Assembly (NCBI GenBank): GCA_020053475.1
Contig: JAGVNC010000019.1
Coordinates: 1 to 56,700 of the forward strand
DNA length: 56,700 nt
From: Candidatus Omnitrophota bacterium
GTDB lineage: Bacteria; Omnitrophota; Gorgyraeia; Zapsychrales; Zapsychraceae
Direction: 5' to 3'
Shown: in pieces, positions 1-7,901 of the stretch
Layout: every line of letters starts with the position of its first letter
Numbering within the stretch: position 1 is the stretch's first letter
Made by a program: the position numbers and the translations under genes
Notes under the pieces: generated by a model
Database searches by the model: none
What the model was told of the DNA's origin: nothing
What the model saw: the letters and a program-made list of their open reading frames with translations, nothing else

Positions 1-84
1 AAAAGAACGCATTCGTCGCTGGGCTATCTCAGTCCCTTCGATTACGAAAAACGCTCTTTTCCATCTTTACTAACCGTCCACTGA
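1..84 (+). mobile_element. 3' end of an IS3-family transposase gene (partial, runs off the window start)
   Basis: Frame +1 reads KRTHSSLGYLSPFDYEKRSFPSLLTVH*. HSSLGYLSP-x-(D/E)(Y/F)E is the typical C-terminal tail of rve/DDE IS3-type OrfB. Confidence 0.6.
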
Positions 85-264
85 TCTGGGGAAGGTCAGG
101 GGAACAGAAGTTGTTCAGTTATCTTTTGCTCTAATTGAACTCTCCGACCCATCGCACCCTGTGACTATCACCATGGCAAAAATGCAGGAAGTGCCGGAAG
201 TGTCAAGATTATCGAGGGGAGAGAGAAAAATTAAGGAATTTAGAAATAAGTATTTTTAAAAAAT

Positions 265-987
265 ATGCGATCAATTTTTTCATTGTTACCAGATTCAGAA
301 GCTTTATTAGCCTTTGAACCGGAGGAATTAGCGGGATATCTCTTGGAATATCTAAATTTTCTCAGTAATTCAGAAAGGGGGAGCTTGAATAGGTATAATT
401 TTAGTTTGCATGGGGCAGAAGGATACCCGCAACAGTACCGCGAAAGTATTTCTAAGGCATTAATGGAGGCTTGGGTTTGGCTTGAACGTGAAGGTATGAT
501 CGCTCCCAAACCCGGTGAACAAGGTGAGTGGATATTTATCACAAGAAGAGGCCAGCAATTAAAAGGTCACACAGATTTAGAAACTTTTCAGCGAAGCAAT
601 ATTTTACCTAAAAAGTTACTTCATCCTATAATCGCGCAAAAGGTATGGTCGGCATTTATTAGAGGTGAATATGACACGGCCCTCTTTCAGGCTTTTCGAG
701 AAGTCGAAGTGGCAGTAAGAAAAGCTGGCGGATTTTCTCAAGAAGACATCGGTACTAAACTTATGCGAAAGGCTTTTGATACGACCGATGGAGTATTAAC
801 TGACAAATCACTCCCTGAAGCTGAGCGTGAAGCAATGGCACATCTTTTTGCCGGAGCGATAGGGCTTTATAAGAATTCAACCAGCCACAGGCATGTTGTA
901 ATAGCTGATCCATCGGAGGGGGTGGAGGCAATTATATTAGCAAGTCATTTAATGAGGTTAGTGGATTCCTGTGGCCAATCTGCCTAA
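265..987 (+). CDS. TIGR02391 / Hypoth_Ymh family protein (HEPN superfamily)
   Basis: C-terminal block GTKLMRKAFD...EAMAHLFAGAIGLYKNSTSHRH...ILASHLMRLVD matches the Ymh signature (LF.GA.g..RNP.aH...aS.L.rl.d). Visibly lower GC than the neighbouring genes. Confidence 0.65.
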   Translation: MRSIFSLLPDSEALLAFEPEELAGYLLEYLNFLSNSERGSLNRYNFSLHGAEGYPQQYRESISKALMEAWVWLEREGMIAPKPGEQGEWIFITRRGQQLKGHTDLETFQRSNILPKKLLHPIIAQKVWSAFIRGEYDTALFQAFREVEVAVRKAGGFSQEDIGTKLMRKAFDTTDGVLTDKSLPEAEREAMAHLFAGAIGLYKNSTSHRHVVIADPSEGVEAIILASHLMRLVDSCGQSA

Positions 988-1038
988 GGTTAAATCTTTA
1001 AACTTGCTTAATTTTTTTAGAGAAATAGGCATAAAGTT

Positions 1039-2418
1039 ATGAAGAACAATAATTCATCAAAACTCATCGGCTCTAGCGAATCGACTACCATTGAATGGAA
1101 GCCATCGCTGTCGCAAATCCATGAGATCGTCGAGAGCGTCACGGCTTTCGCCAATACTGAAGGTGGACGTTTGTTTGTTGGCGTGTCAAAGCACGGAGAG
1201 GCGATCGGCGTTCAAATCGGTAAAGGCACGGTTGAAGATTTGGTCAACCGTATCGCTCAACATACTGATCCAAAAATCCAGCCGAAGATCACGGTCAAAA
1301 AGATTGAAGGTCAGCAAATTATTGTGATCGAGGTCAAACAGTCCAAGGATAAATTGGTCTTGGCCGACGGCCGTCCATATAAGCGCGTAGGGCCTTCGAC
1401 CCGGCAAATGGGCAAGGATGAATATGAGGGGTTGATTCTTGAAAAGCATAAAGCAGAATTAAATTTCGATTCGCGGGTTTGCAAAGGGGCAAGGATCACG
1501 GATATCAGCAAAGAAAAACTTATGGCATTTGTTAAAAAAGCCAAACAAGAAAGAGGGCTGGATATTAAATCGAATGCCTCTGTTACGGGAATTTTAAACA
1601 GGTTAAAATTAACAAAGGATAAAAAATTTACGAATGCGGCCGTTTTGTTGTTTGGGAAAGATCCGCAAGACTTCTTTTTGCAGGCTGAACTGAAAGCCAT
1701 TCGATTCCGGGGTTATGATGAAACAGGGGAGATGACCGATTTCAAGACAATCGGGGCCGATGCGATCACATTGCTTGAAAGGGCGGAGAATTTTATCTTT
1801 GACCATATCCCCATGAAGGCCTGGATCGAATCGGGGAAACTTCAAAGACAGGAAAAATGGCTTTATCCCCCGAAAGCGATAAGAGAAGCGTTGGCCAACG
1901 CTTTAGCTCACAGGGATTACAAAAGTACGGGAAAAGTTCAGGTTAGAATTTTTGATGACCGGTTAGAGATTTGGAACCCGGGCAGGTTGCCGCCTGAATT
2001 AACGGTTGAGAAGTTAAAAAGAACTCACGATTCGATTCCTCCCAATCCCCTGATCGCCAGGGCATTTTTTTGGATCAGGTATGCCGAAGAAGTCGGGACC
2101 GGAACCAATAAAATCGTTCAATGGTGTAAAGCGTGGGGACTTCCTGAACCGAAATATGAAGAAGCAGGGGGGAGCTTTGTTGTGACTTTCAGGGCATCCA
2201 GATTTTCAGGAGATGATTTGGCATCTATGGGGTTAAATGAACGGCAGATGCAAGCTGTTCAACTGGTCAAAGAGCGGGGCGCCATTAGTGTTATTGACCT
2301 AAAACAGATTTTTGCTGGAGTGACTCGTAAGACACTGTATCGGGATTTACAAATCCTGGTTGAAAAAGGTATTCTAAAAGCACAGGGCACGACGAAAGGG
2401 CGTCGTTATAGTTTTTAA
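1039..2418 (+). CDS. AlbA_2 (Schlafen-like) / HATPase_c_4 / C-terminal wHTH protein, usually annotated as ATP-binding transcriptional regulator (RecG-like)
   Basis: N-terminal ESTTIEWKPSL...AFANTEGGRLFVGV is the AlbA_2 signature. Central ALANALAHRDY...VQVRIFDDRLEIWNPG is HATPase_c_4-like. The C-terminus has an HTH (RKTLYRDLQILVEKGIL). Confidence 0.75.
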   Translation: MKNNNSSKLIGSSESTTIEWKPSLSQIHEIVESVTAFANTEGGRLFVGVSKHGEAIGVQIGKGTVEDLVNRIAQHTDPKIQPKITVKKIEGQQIIVIEVKQSKDKLVLADGRPYKRVGPSTRQMGKDEYEGLILEKHKAELNFDSRVCKGARITDISKEKLMAFVKKAKQERGLDIKSNASVTGILNRLKLTKDKKFTNAAVLLFGKDPQDFFLQAELKAIRFRGYDETGEMTDFKTIGADAITLLERAENFIFDHIPMKAWIESGKLQRQEKWLYPPKAIREALANALAHRDYKSTGKVQVRIFDDRLEIWNPGRLPPELTVEKLKRTHDSIPPNPLIARAFFWIRYAEEVGTGTNKIVQWCKAWGLPEPKYEEAGGSFVVTFRASRFSGDDLASMGLNERQMQAVQLVKERGAISVIDLKQIFAGVTRKTLYRDLQILVEKGILKAQGTTKGRRYSF

Positions 2419-2423
2419 GGATA

Positions 2424-2462
2424 TGGGACATATTTGGGACATTTGGGACATAAAGGGGACAT
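2424..2462 (+). repeat. Four direct (T/G)GGGACAT repeats
   Basis: tgggacat at 2424, 2435 and 2444, and ggggacat at 2455 (spacing 11/9/11 bp). Further GGGGAC copies lie near 2505 and 2575. Confidence 0.8.
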
Positions 2463-2532
2463 CTAAATCAACGTGAGAATTTTAACGTGCCAAGCACTTT
2501 TGAAGGGGACGGTTGGACGGTTGAGCTGAATA

Positions 2533-2560
2533 AAGATTCTCGCCCGCGGGCGAGAATCTT
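2533..2560. repeat. 28-bp perfect palindrome AAGATTCTCGCCCG/CGGGCGAGAATCTT
   Basis: Read directly and exactly self-complementary. No T-run follows, so it is not called as a terminator. GAGAAT boxes recur at about 2474, 2552, 2565, 3658 and 3677. Confidence 0.85.
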
Positions 2561-2603
2561 CCTGTGAGAATTCCGGGGACGCGCACTGATTTCGTTAGAC
2601 GAT

Positions 2604-3005
2604 ATGAAAGGATCCGAAACAATCGAGTTCAAAAAATCCACCGCTGAGCTTAAGGTTGCCGAACAATTTAAACTAAAACCCCGGGTTCCTGTAGCGTTGA
2701 AGGATTTTGCCGTGCCCCGATTGAGAGAAAACTGGATCAAAGAAAAGAATATGAAAGCCTTTACATTGTATAATCCCCAAAATGATGCTGAGCATGTGGA
2801 TATTATTATTGATCATCCGATCGATTTTCAGAAGGCTTACAAAAAAAGGGAACAGATCAAGTCCGGCGGTATGGATATTTCTTTAATTTCTCTTGTGGAT
2901 CTGATCAGGATGAAAAAGGATGCCGGGCGCGAGAGGGATAAAGTTGATATTAAGGCTTTAACTTTTATCAAGGAGTTAAAAAATGATCAAGAAAAAGGGT
3001 CCTGA
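2604..3005 (+). pseudogene. Chimeric ORF: about 18-aa AlbA_2 N-terminal remnant fused to the C-terminal part of a small nucleotidyltransferase-fold-like protein
   Basis: GSETIEFKKSTAELK mirrors the N-terminus of the 1039..2418 family. The remainder (HVDIIIDHP...ISLISLVDLIRMKKDAGRERDKVDIKAL) resembles the helical C-terminal half of MNT/AbiEii-like NTases. An internal ATG lies at 2751. Confidence 0.45.
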
Positions 3006-3153
3006 ATTTAACGAAGAAGAAATACGGGCCTACATGTCCTTTCCGGCCGAGAAAAAACTTCGACATCTCAAAGCAATGAATAGTTTTTTAAGGAAAATTC
3101 GGCCGGCTAAAAGTAAAAATATCGCACGGCTTCTTCAGGAAAGAGGATTTTGA
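2983..3153 (+). CDS. Small hypothetical ORF (56 aa) overlapping the end of the previous ORF
   Basis: Hand translation gives MIKKKGPEFNEEEIRAYMSFPAEKKLRHLKAMNSFLRKIRPAKSKNIARLLQERGF*. It overlaps 2604..3005 by 23 nt. Below the ORF-track cutoff, with no recognisable family. Confidence 0.3.
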   Translation: MIKKKGPEFNEEEIRAYMSFPAEKKLRHLKAMNSFLRKIRPAKSKNIARLLQERGF

Positions 3154-3262
3154 GAGTGCGTATCATTTTTGCCATACACGGAATTCGAAGTCATAAAGAA
3201 CCGAATGAATTACGCCTGCAAATTTTTAAACAATAACTTTAAATTTACGCAGTTTAATCCCA

Positions 3263-3601
3263 GGGGCACGCAAGATTGTGCAGTGGTGTAAGGAGTGGGG
3301 ATTGCCAGAGCCGACTTATGAAGAGGCCGGGGGCAGTTTTGTGACGGTTTTTCATAATTCTAAGCAGGGGGATGGTGGTCAGAAAACTGGGGAGAAAACT
3401 GTGGAGATGGCTGTGGAGAAAACTGTGGAGAAAATTATCGCCATCATCAAAGCGAATCCACAAATTACCCAAAAAGAATTAATGGATAAAACAGGATTGA
3501 CGCGTCGAGGTGTTGAATGGAATCTGAAAAAGCTTAAGACAGAGAAAAGGATCGGGCGTATCGGCCCCGACAAAGGCGGGCATTGGGAAGTGCAGAATTG
3601 A
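3263..3601 (+). pseudogene. C-terminal fragment of a second AlbA_2/HATPase_c_4 regulator (paralogue of 1039..2418)
   Basis: GARKIVQWCKEWGLPEPTYEEAGGSFVTVF aligns with GTNKIVQWCKAWGLPEPKYEEAGGSFVVTF of the intact copy, followed by a wHTH (ITQKELMDKTGLTRRGVEWNLKKLK). No N-terminal or central domains are present. Confidence 0.7.
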
Positions 3602-3894
3602 TGCGTGATGATTACATCTTCTGTAACATTCGCGCATTTTATATGTGGGAGCGAGCGCGAGAATTTTACATAAAATGAGAATCTAGAAGTTGGCCGGAAA
3701 CCTCTTAAATCGATAGATTTTTTCGATAGATTTTTTTCGATTGGATGATATAAAGTTTTTTGTTAGAATGGCATTGCTGTTCAGATGCATCAATGGCGCG
3801 CGTATCGGCAAAAAGATTCAGCAAGAAATCAAACCGGAGGCGCTCGGTGAACTTTTAAATTCCTCGGCCCCTCAAATCATTGTAGGAGTCATTC

Positions 3895-4368
3895 ATGAAG
3901 AAACGGCCCGATTGGGATGAGTATTTTCTTAAACTGGCCATGTTGGCTTCGGAGCGTTCCACATGCCCGCGGATGCATTGCGGGTGCGTGTTGGCGAACA
4001 ATAAGAACGTCATTTCGACCGGTTATAATGGGTCGATTCCCGGCGATGAACATTGCGAGGATGCGGGATGCATGGTCGTTGACAATCATTGTGTGCGCAC
4101 TGTCCATGCGGAAATGAATGCCTTAGTCCAAGCCGCGAAGCGCGGCCATGCCGTGGAAGGGGCGACAGCGTATGTCACCAATATGCCTTGCACGACCTGT
4201 GCCAAGGCCCTGATTACGGCAGGCATTAAGCGGGTCGTTGTCTTCTCTGATTATCACGATACGCTGGCCACTGATTTTTTTGCCAAGGCCGGCGTCAAGA
4301 TCGATAAACATCCGATCCCTTCATTAGCAATTGATTATCACCTGAAAAACTATTCTTCAGCACGTTAA
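3895..4368 (+). CDS. comEB: dCMP deaminase (ComEB-type cytidine/deoxycytidylate deaminase)
   Basis: Zinc motifs HAEMNAL and PCTTCAKALITAGIKRV; 157 aa. Confidence 0.85.
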   Translation: MKKRPDWDEYFLKLAMLASERSTCPRMHCGCVLANNKNVISTGYNGSIPGDEHCEDAGCMVVDNHCVRTVHAEMNALVQAAKRGHAVEGATAYVTNMPCTTCAKALITAGIKRVVVFSDYHDTLATDFFAKAGVKIDKHPIPSLAIDYHLKNYSSAR

Positions 4369-4377
4369 CCAGAAAAT

Positions 4378-5196
4378 TTGTCAGAAGGCATGAAAATTTT
4401 GATCTATTTGATCGTCGCTGTCATTTTGTTTTTGATCTATGTCCGTTATTTGGAAAGCACATCGATCTTTTTCCCTAACCGCGTTATTTTAGCCACACCG
4501 CAAGATGCCGGGATCGCGTATGAAGATGTCACATTGACGGCTCAAGACGGTATTTTGTTACACGGTTGGTTGATGAAACATCCGGGGGCGGTGTCGACGA
4601 TTTTATTATTGCATGGGAACGCCAGCAATGTCAGCGACTGCCTCGAGACGGTGTTGTATTATTATAAGATCGGGCTTAACGTCTTTATCGTCGATTATCG
4701 CGGCTACGGGAATAGCCAGGGAAAACCGAGCGAAGAAGGCATGTACCGTGACACATTGGCCGCTTATGATTATCTGTTAGCCCGCAATGACATCGACTCT
4801 AAAAAGATTATTGTTTATGGTGGGTCATTGGGCGGGGCAGCAGCCATCGATTTAGCGACTAAACGGGATGTCCCATTTTTGATCATTGACTCAGCGTTTT
4901 CTTCAGCGCGCGATATGGCGAAGATCATGTATCCGTATATCCCCGGCTTTTTGATCAGCACGAAGATGGATTCGTTGGCGAAGATCAAACATGTTAAAGG
5001 CGCGAAACTGTTTATGCATAGCTTGGATGACGAAATGATCCCCTATCATTTAGGCAAAAAGTTGTTTGATGCGGCCCTCGAGCCTAAGACAATGATCACG
5101 GTGAACGGAGGGCACAACGACTTGCGGTTTAATGCCGATCCAGGTAAAGTCAAAGACGCCATTATTCGTTTTTTAACAGAGAACCATCTTTTATAA
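4378..5196 (+). CDS. Alpha/beta hydrolase (BEM46/S33-like) with N-terminal TM helix
   Basis: HGN oxyanion region, nucleophile elbow GGSLGG, and later D and H residues. The likely start is the ATG at 4390 (MKILIYLIV). Confidence 0.7.
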   Translation: MSEGMKILIYLIVAVILFLIYVRYLESTSIFFPNRVILATPQDAGIAYEDVTLTAQDGILLHGWLMKHPGAVSTILLLHGNASNVSDCLETVLYYYKIGLNVFIVDYRGYGNSQGKPSEEGMYRDTLAAYDYLLARNDIDSKKIIVYGGSLGGAAAIDLATKRDVPFLIIDSAFSSARDMAKIMYPYIPGFLISTKMDSLAKIKHVKGAKLFMHSLDDEMIPYHLGKKLFDAALEPKTMITVNGGHNDLRFNADPGKVKDAIIRFLTENHLL

Positions 5197-5202
5197 GAAT
5201 CA

Positions 5203-6426
5203 ATGACAAAAAAATTTTTAAAAACGAAAGGGACAAAGATCATTCAGCCGGATGGCCGGCCTCTTTATTTAACCGGCGTTAATTTGGGCGGATGGCTTAT
5301 GATGGAAGCTTATTTTATGCATGCTCCCAATCGCCCGGAAAAGGAATTTAAAGAGGAATTCAGAAAGACATTGGGAGCCAAGGCGCTCCAAGACTTTGAA
5401 GACAGTTTTCGCCGCCATTTTATCCAAGAGAAAGATTTTCAAGCCATCGCCGGTTACGGGTTGAATTGCCTGCGCGTGCCGTTTCATTACAACCTCGTGG
5501 AGAAATCTCCGTATCGTTTTCCATCTGCTGATATCCGTTATTTGGATCAAGTCGTTCGCTGGGCTGAAAAATATAAGATTTGGGTCATCCTGGATTTGCA
5601 CGCGGCTCCGGGTGCCCAGAATCACGATTGGCATTCGGATAGCTCCGGGGAAATAGAGTTATGGACGCGCCTTGCCAATCAAAAAAGAACGTTTGCCATT
5701 TGGGAGTTTTTAGCCGACCGCTACAAGGATAAAGAATGGGTGGCCGGCTACGATGTGTTAAACGAAGCGGTTATCTCTGATCCCCGGCCCTTAAATCAAT
5801 TTTATAAAAAATTGATTAAGGTGATCCGCAGCGTTGATCGCAATCATCTCCTATTCATCGAAGGCAATCATTGGGCGCAAGATATTGCCTGCTTAGATCC
5901 CATTGAAGATGATCATTATGTCTTAAGCGTCCATCATTATGAACCGTTAAACTTTACATTTAATTTTACGTTTCATTTGCATTATCCTGTGGATACAAAA
6001 ATGATCAAATGTAATAAAGACATCTTGCGGGCGCATTTGGAGAAATATTACCTCGAATCGAAAAAACGCAAGGCGCCCATCCTTGTCGGAGAATTCGGGG
6101 TCAATTACCGCAAAGGGTTTTTTAACGAACAGCAATGGGTCCAAGACGCTCTCGCGTGCTTCCATGATTTTGGGTTTCATTGGGCCTATTGGACGTATAA
6201 GGCCATCAAGAATAGTTTTTATCCTGACGGGATATTTAGTTATGAGCCGAATCCACCCTGGGTGAACCGCGGGGGGCCTGTGACCGGATGGAATACATAC
6301 TCGCGGCTTTGGCCGACGCGTAAAAAAGACATGTGTGAATCATGGCACACGGATCAATTTGCTAAAAACGACTTTATCCTGCAAGCTTTACAAAATGCCT
6401 CCAGAAAATATCACGAGTCTAAATAA
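5203..6426 (+). CDS. Glycoside hydrolase family 5 (cellulase-like)
   Basis: Has the acid/base motif DVLNEA and the nucleophile motif ILVGEFG, plus LRVPF and HHYEP blocks typical of GH5. Confidence 0.75.
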   Translation: MTKKFLKTKGTKIIQPDGRPLYLTGVNLGGWLMMEAYFMHAPNRPEKEFKEEFRKTLGAKALQDFEDSFRRHFIQEKDFQAIAGYGLNCLRVPFHYNLVEKSPYRFPSADIRYLDQVVRWAEKYKIWVILDLHAAPGAQNHDWHSDSSGEIELWTRLANQKRTFAIWEFLADRYKDKEWVAGYDVLNEAVISDPRPLNQFYKKLIKVIRSVDRNHLLFIEGNHWAQDIACLDPIEDDHYVLSVHHYEPLNFTFNFTFHLHYPVDTKMIKCNKDILRAHLEKYYLESKKRKAPILVGEFGVNYRKGFFNEQQWVQDALACFHDFGFHWAYWTYKAIKNSFYPDGIFSYEPNPPWVNRGGPVTGWNTYSRLWPTRKKDMCESWHTDQFAKNDFILQALQNASRKYHESK

Positions 6427-7195
6427 TCCCAAGGTTAAATCCCTTGTCCGGTTGCGTGACCGTCGTGCCCGCGAGGAAAGCGGCTTGACGGTGATCGATG
6501 GGACAAGGGAAATTTCGTTGGCGTTAGAATCCGGGGCAAAGATAACGGAATTGTTTGTTTGCCGGGATTTTTGGCAGATGCAAGGGGAAGAAGACATTGT
6601 TCATAAAATATTAACTTTGAAAAAGCCGATCTATGAAACTACTCCTGCTGTCTTTAAGAAAATCGCTTTTGGGGAACGGCAGGAAGGGTTATTGGCAGTT
6701 TGCCAAGTTCCAACGTATACGTTTGAACGCTTGATGGACAAGAAAGGGTCGTTGTATGTTGTCGTTGACAGGGTTGAAAAGCCGGGCAATTTAGGCGCTA
6801 TTTTGCGTAGTTGTGATGCTGCCGGTGTCGATGGGGTGTTTGTCAGTGACGGAAAGACGGATATTTATAATCCCAATGTCATTCGCGCCAGTATCGGGAC
6901 GGTGTTTGGGCTTAATATTCTTTCGGCAGAATCTCAGCCGATCGCTGATTTTTTGAACAAGCAAAATATTCGGATCATTTCTGCTGAACCGAAAGCCAGG
7001 TTAACGTATTCACAGATCGATTGGAAAGGAAAGGTGGCGATTGTGGTGGGAAGCGAACAACAGGGCGTCAGCCCGTTTTGGCACGGGCAGGCAGGCTCTC
7101 GGGTTCGGATCCCGATGTTAGGGAAGGCCGACTCTTTAAACGTGTCGGTGGCCACAGCTCTTTTACTTTATGAAGCCGTCAGAGCACGACAATAA
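6395..7195 (+). CDS. TrmH/SpoU family RNA 2'-O-methyltransferase
   Basis: Contains EKPGNLGAILRSCDAAGV, VGSEQQGVS and IPMLGKADSLNVSVATALLLYE. Start chosen at the ATG at 6395; the ORF-track start at 6335 lies inside the GH5 gene. Confidence 0.8.
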   Translation: MPPENITSLNNPKVKSLVRLRDRRAREESGLTVIDGTREISLALESGAKITELFVCRDFWQMQGEEDIVHKILTLKKPIYETTPAVFKKIAFGERQEGLLAVCQVPTYTFERLMDKKGSLYVVVDRVEKPGNLGAILRSCDAAGVDGVFVSDGKTDIYNPNVIRASIGTVFGLNILSAESQPIADFLNKQNIRIISAEPKARLTYSQIDWKGKVAIVVGSEQQGVSPFWHGQAGSRVRIPMLGKADSLNVSVATALLLYEAVRARQ

Positions 7196-7901
7196 AATCC
7201 GGTTGCAGGTGTTTTTATCGCACAGTGGGGTATGTTCCCGACGGCGGGCGCTTGAAATCATTCAAGAAGGCCGTGTGACGGTTAATCAAAAGATCATCGA
7301 GGAGCCGTCGACACCGGTTGATCCGCAAAAGGATCAAATCACGGTCGATGGCAAGCCCGTTGCGGCAAAGCAGTACGAATACATTCTATTGCATAAGCCG
7401 CAAGGGTATGTGACGACGCGCGCGGACAAATTTGCTAAAAAAACAGTTTACGATTTGTTGCCTGCGGAATTTCATCACCTTGTTCCCGCGGGGCGCCTTG
7501 ACCAAGACACCGAGGGGTTGTTGCTCTTTACCAATGATGGGGATTTGGTTTTTGACCTGACGCATCCTAGCAAGGAAGTATCCAAAACATATTTTGTGCG
7601 GGTGAAGGGGTTGTTAAGTCCGCAAACCGTCAATACAATTCAAACTGGGATTGTCTTGGAGGAAAAGAAAACGTGGCCAGCTCAAATCGAGCATTTGGAA
7701 TGGCGCGCCGGGAACACCGAGTTTTGCATCACCATTCACGAAGGCCGTAAGCGTCAAATCCGCCGGATGTTGGAGGCCGTGTCTTATCCGGTGATGTATT
7801 TACAACGCATTCAAGAAGGATCATTGAAGTTAGGGGCATTAAAATCCGGCCAGTGGCGGCGATTAACGACACACGAAATTCAACGATTGAAGAAGAGATG
7901 A
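7170..7901 (+). CDS. Pseudouridine synthase, RsuA/RluB family (S4 domain + catalytic domain)
   Basis: S4 region RLQVFLSHSGVCSRRRALEII. The catalytic-Asp motif is GRLDQDTEGLLLFTNDG. Confidence 0.85.
   Translation: MKPSEHDNKIRLQVFLSHSGVCSRRRALEIIQEGRVTVNQKIIEEPSTPVDPQKDQITVDGKPVAAKQYEYILLHKPQGYVTTRADKFAKKTVYDLLPAEFHHLVPAGRLDQDTEGLLLFTNDGDLVFDLTHPSKEVSKTYFVRVKGLLSPQTVNTIQTGIVLEEKKTWPAQIEHLEWRAGNTEFCITIHEGRKRQIRRMLEAVSYPVMYLQRIQEGSLKLGALKSGQWRRLTTHEIQRLKKR

Noticed and set aside
6335-6394. N-terminal extensions proposed by the ORF track (trmH 6335, ABC-F 7853, lpxI 31270, spoVG 17908, small gene 49527)
   Set aside because: The extensions overlap upstream genes and lack homology. Internal ATGs give native-looking N-termini.
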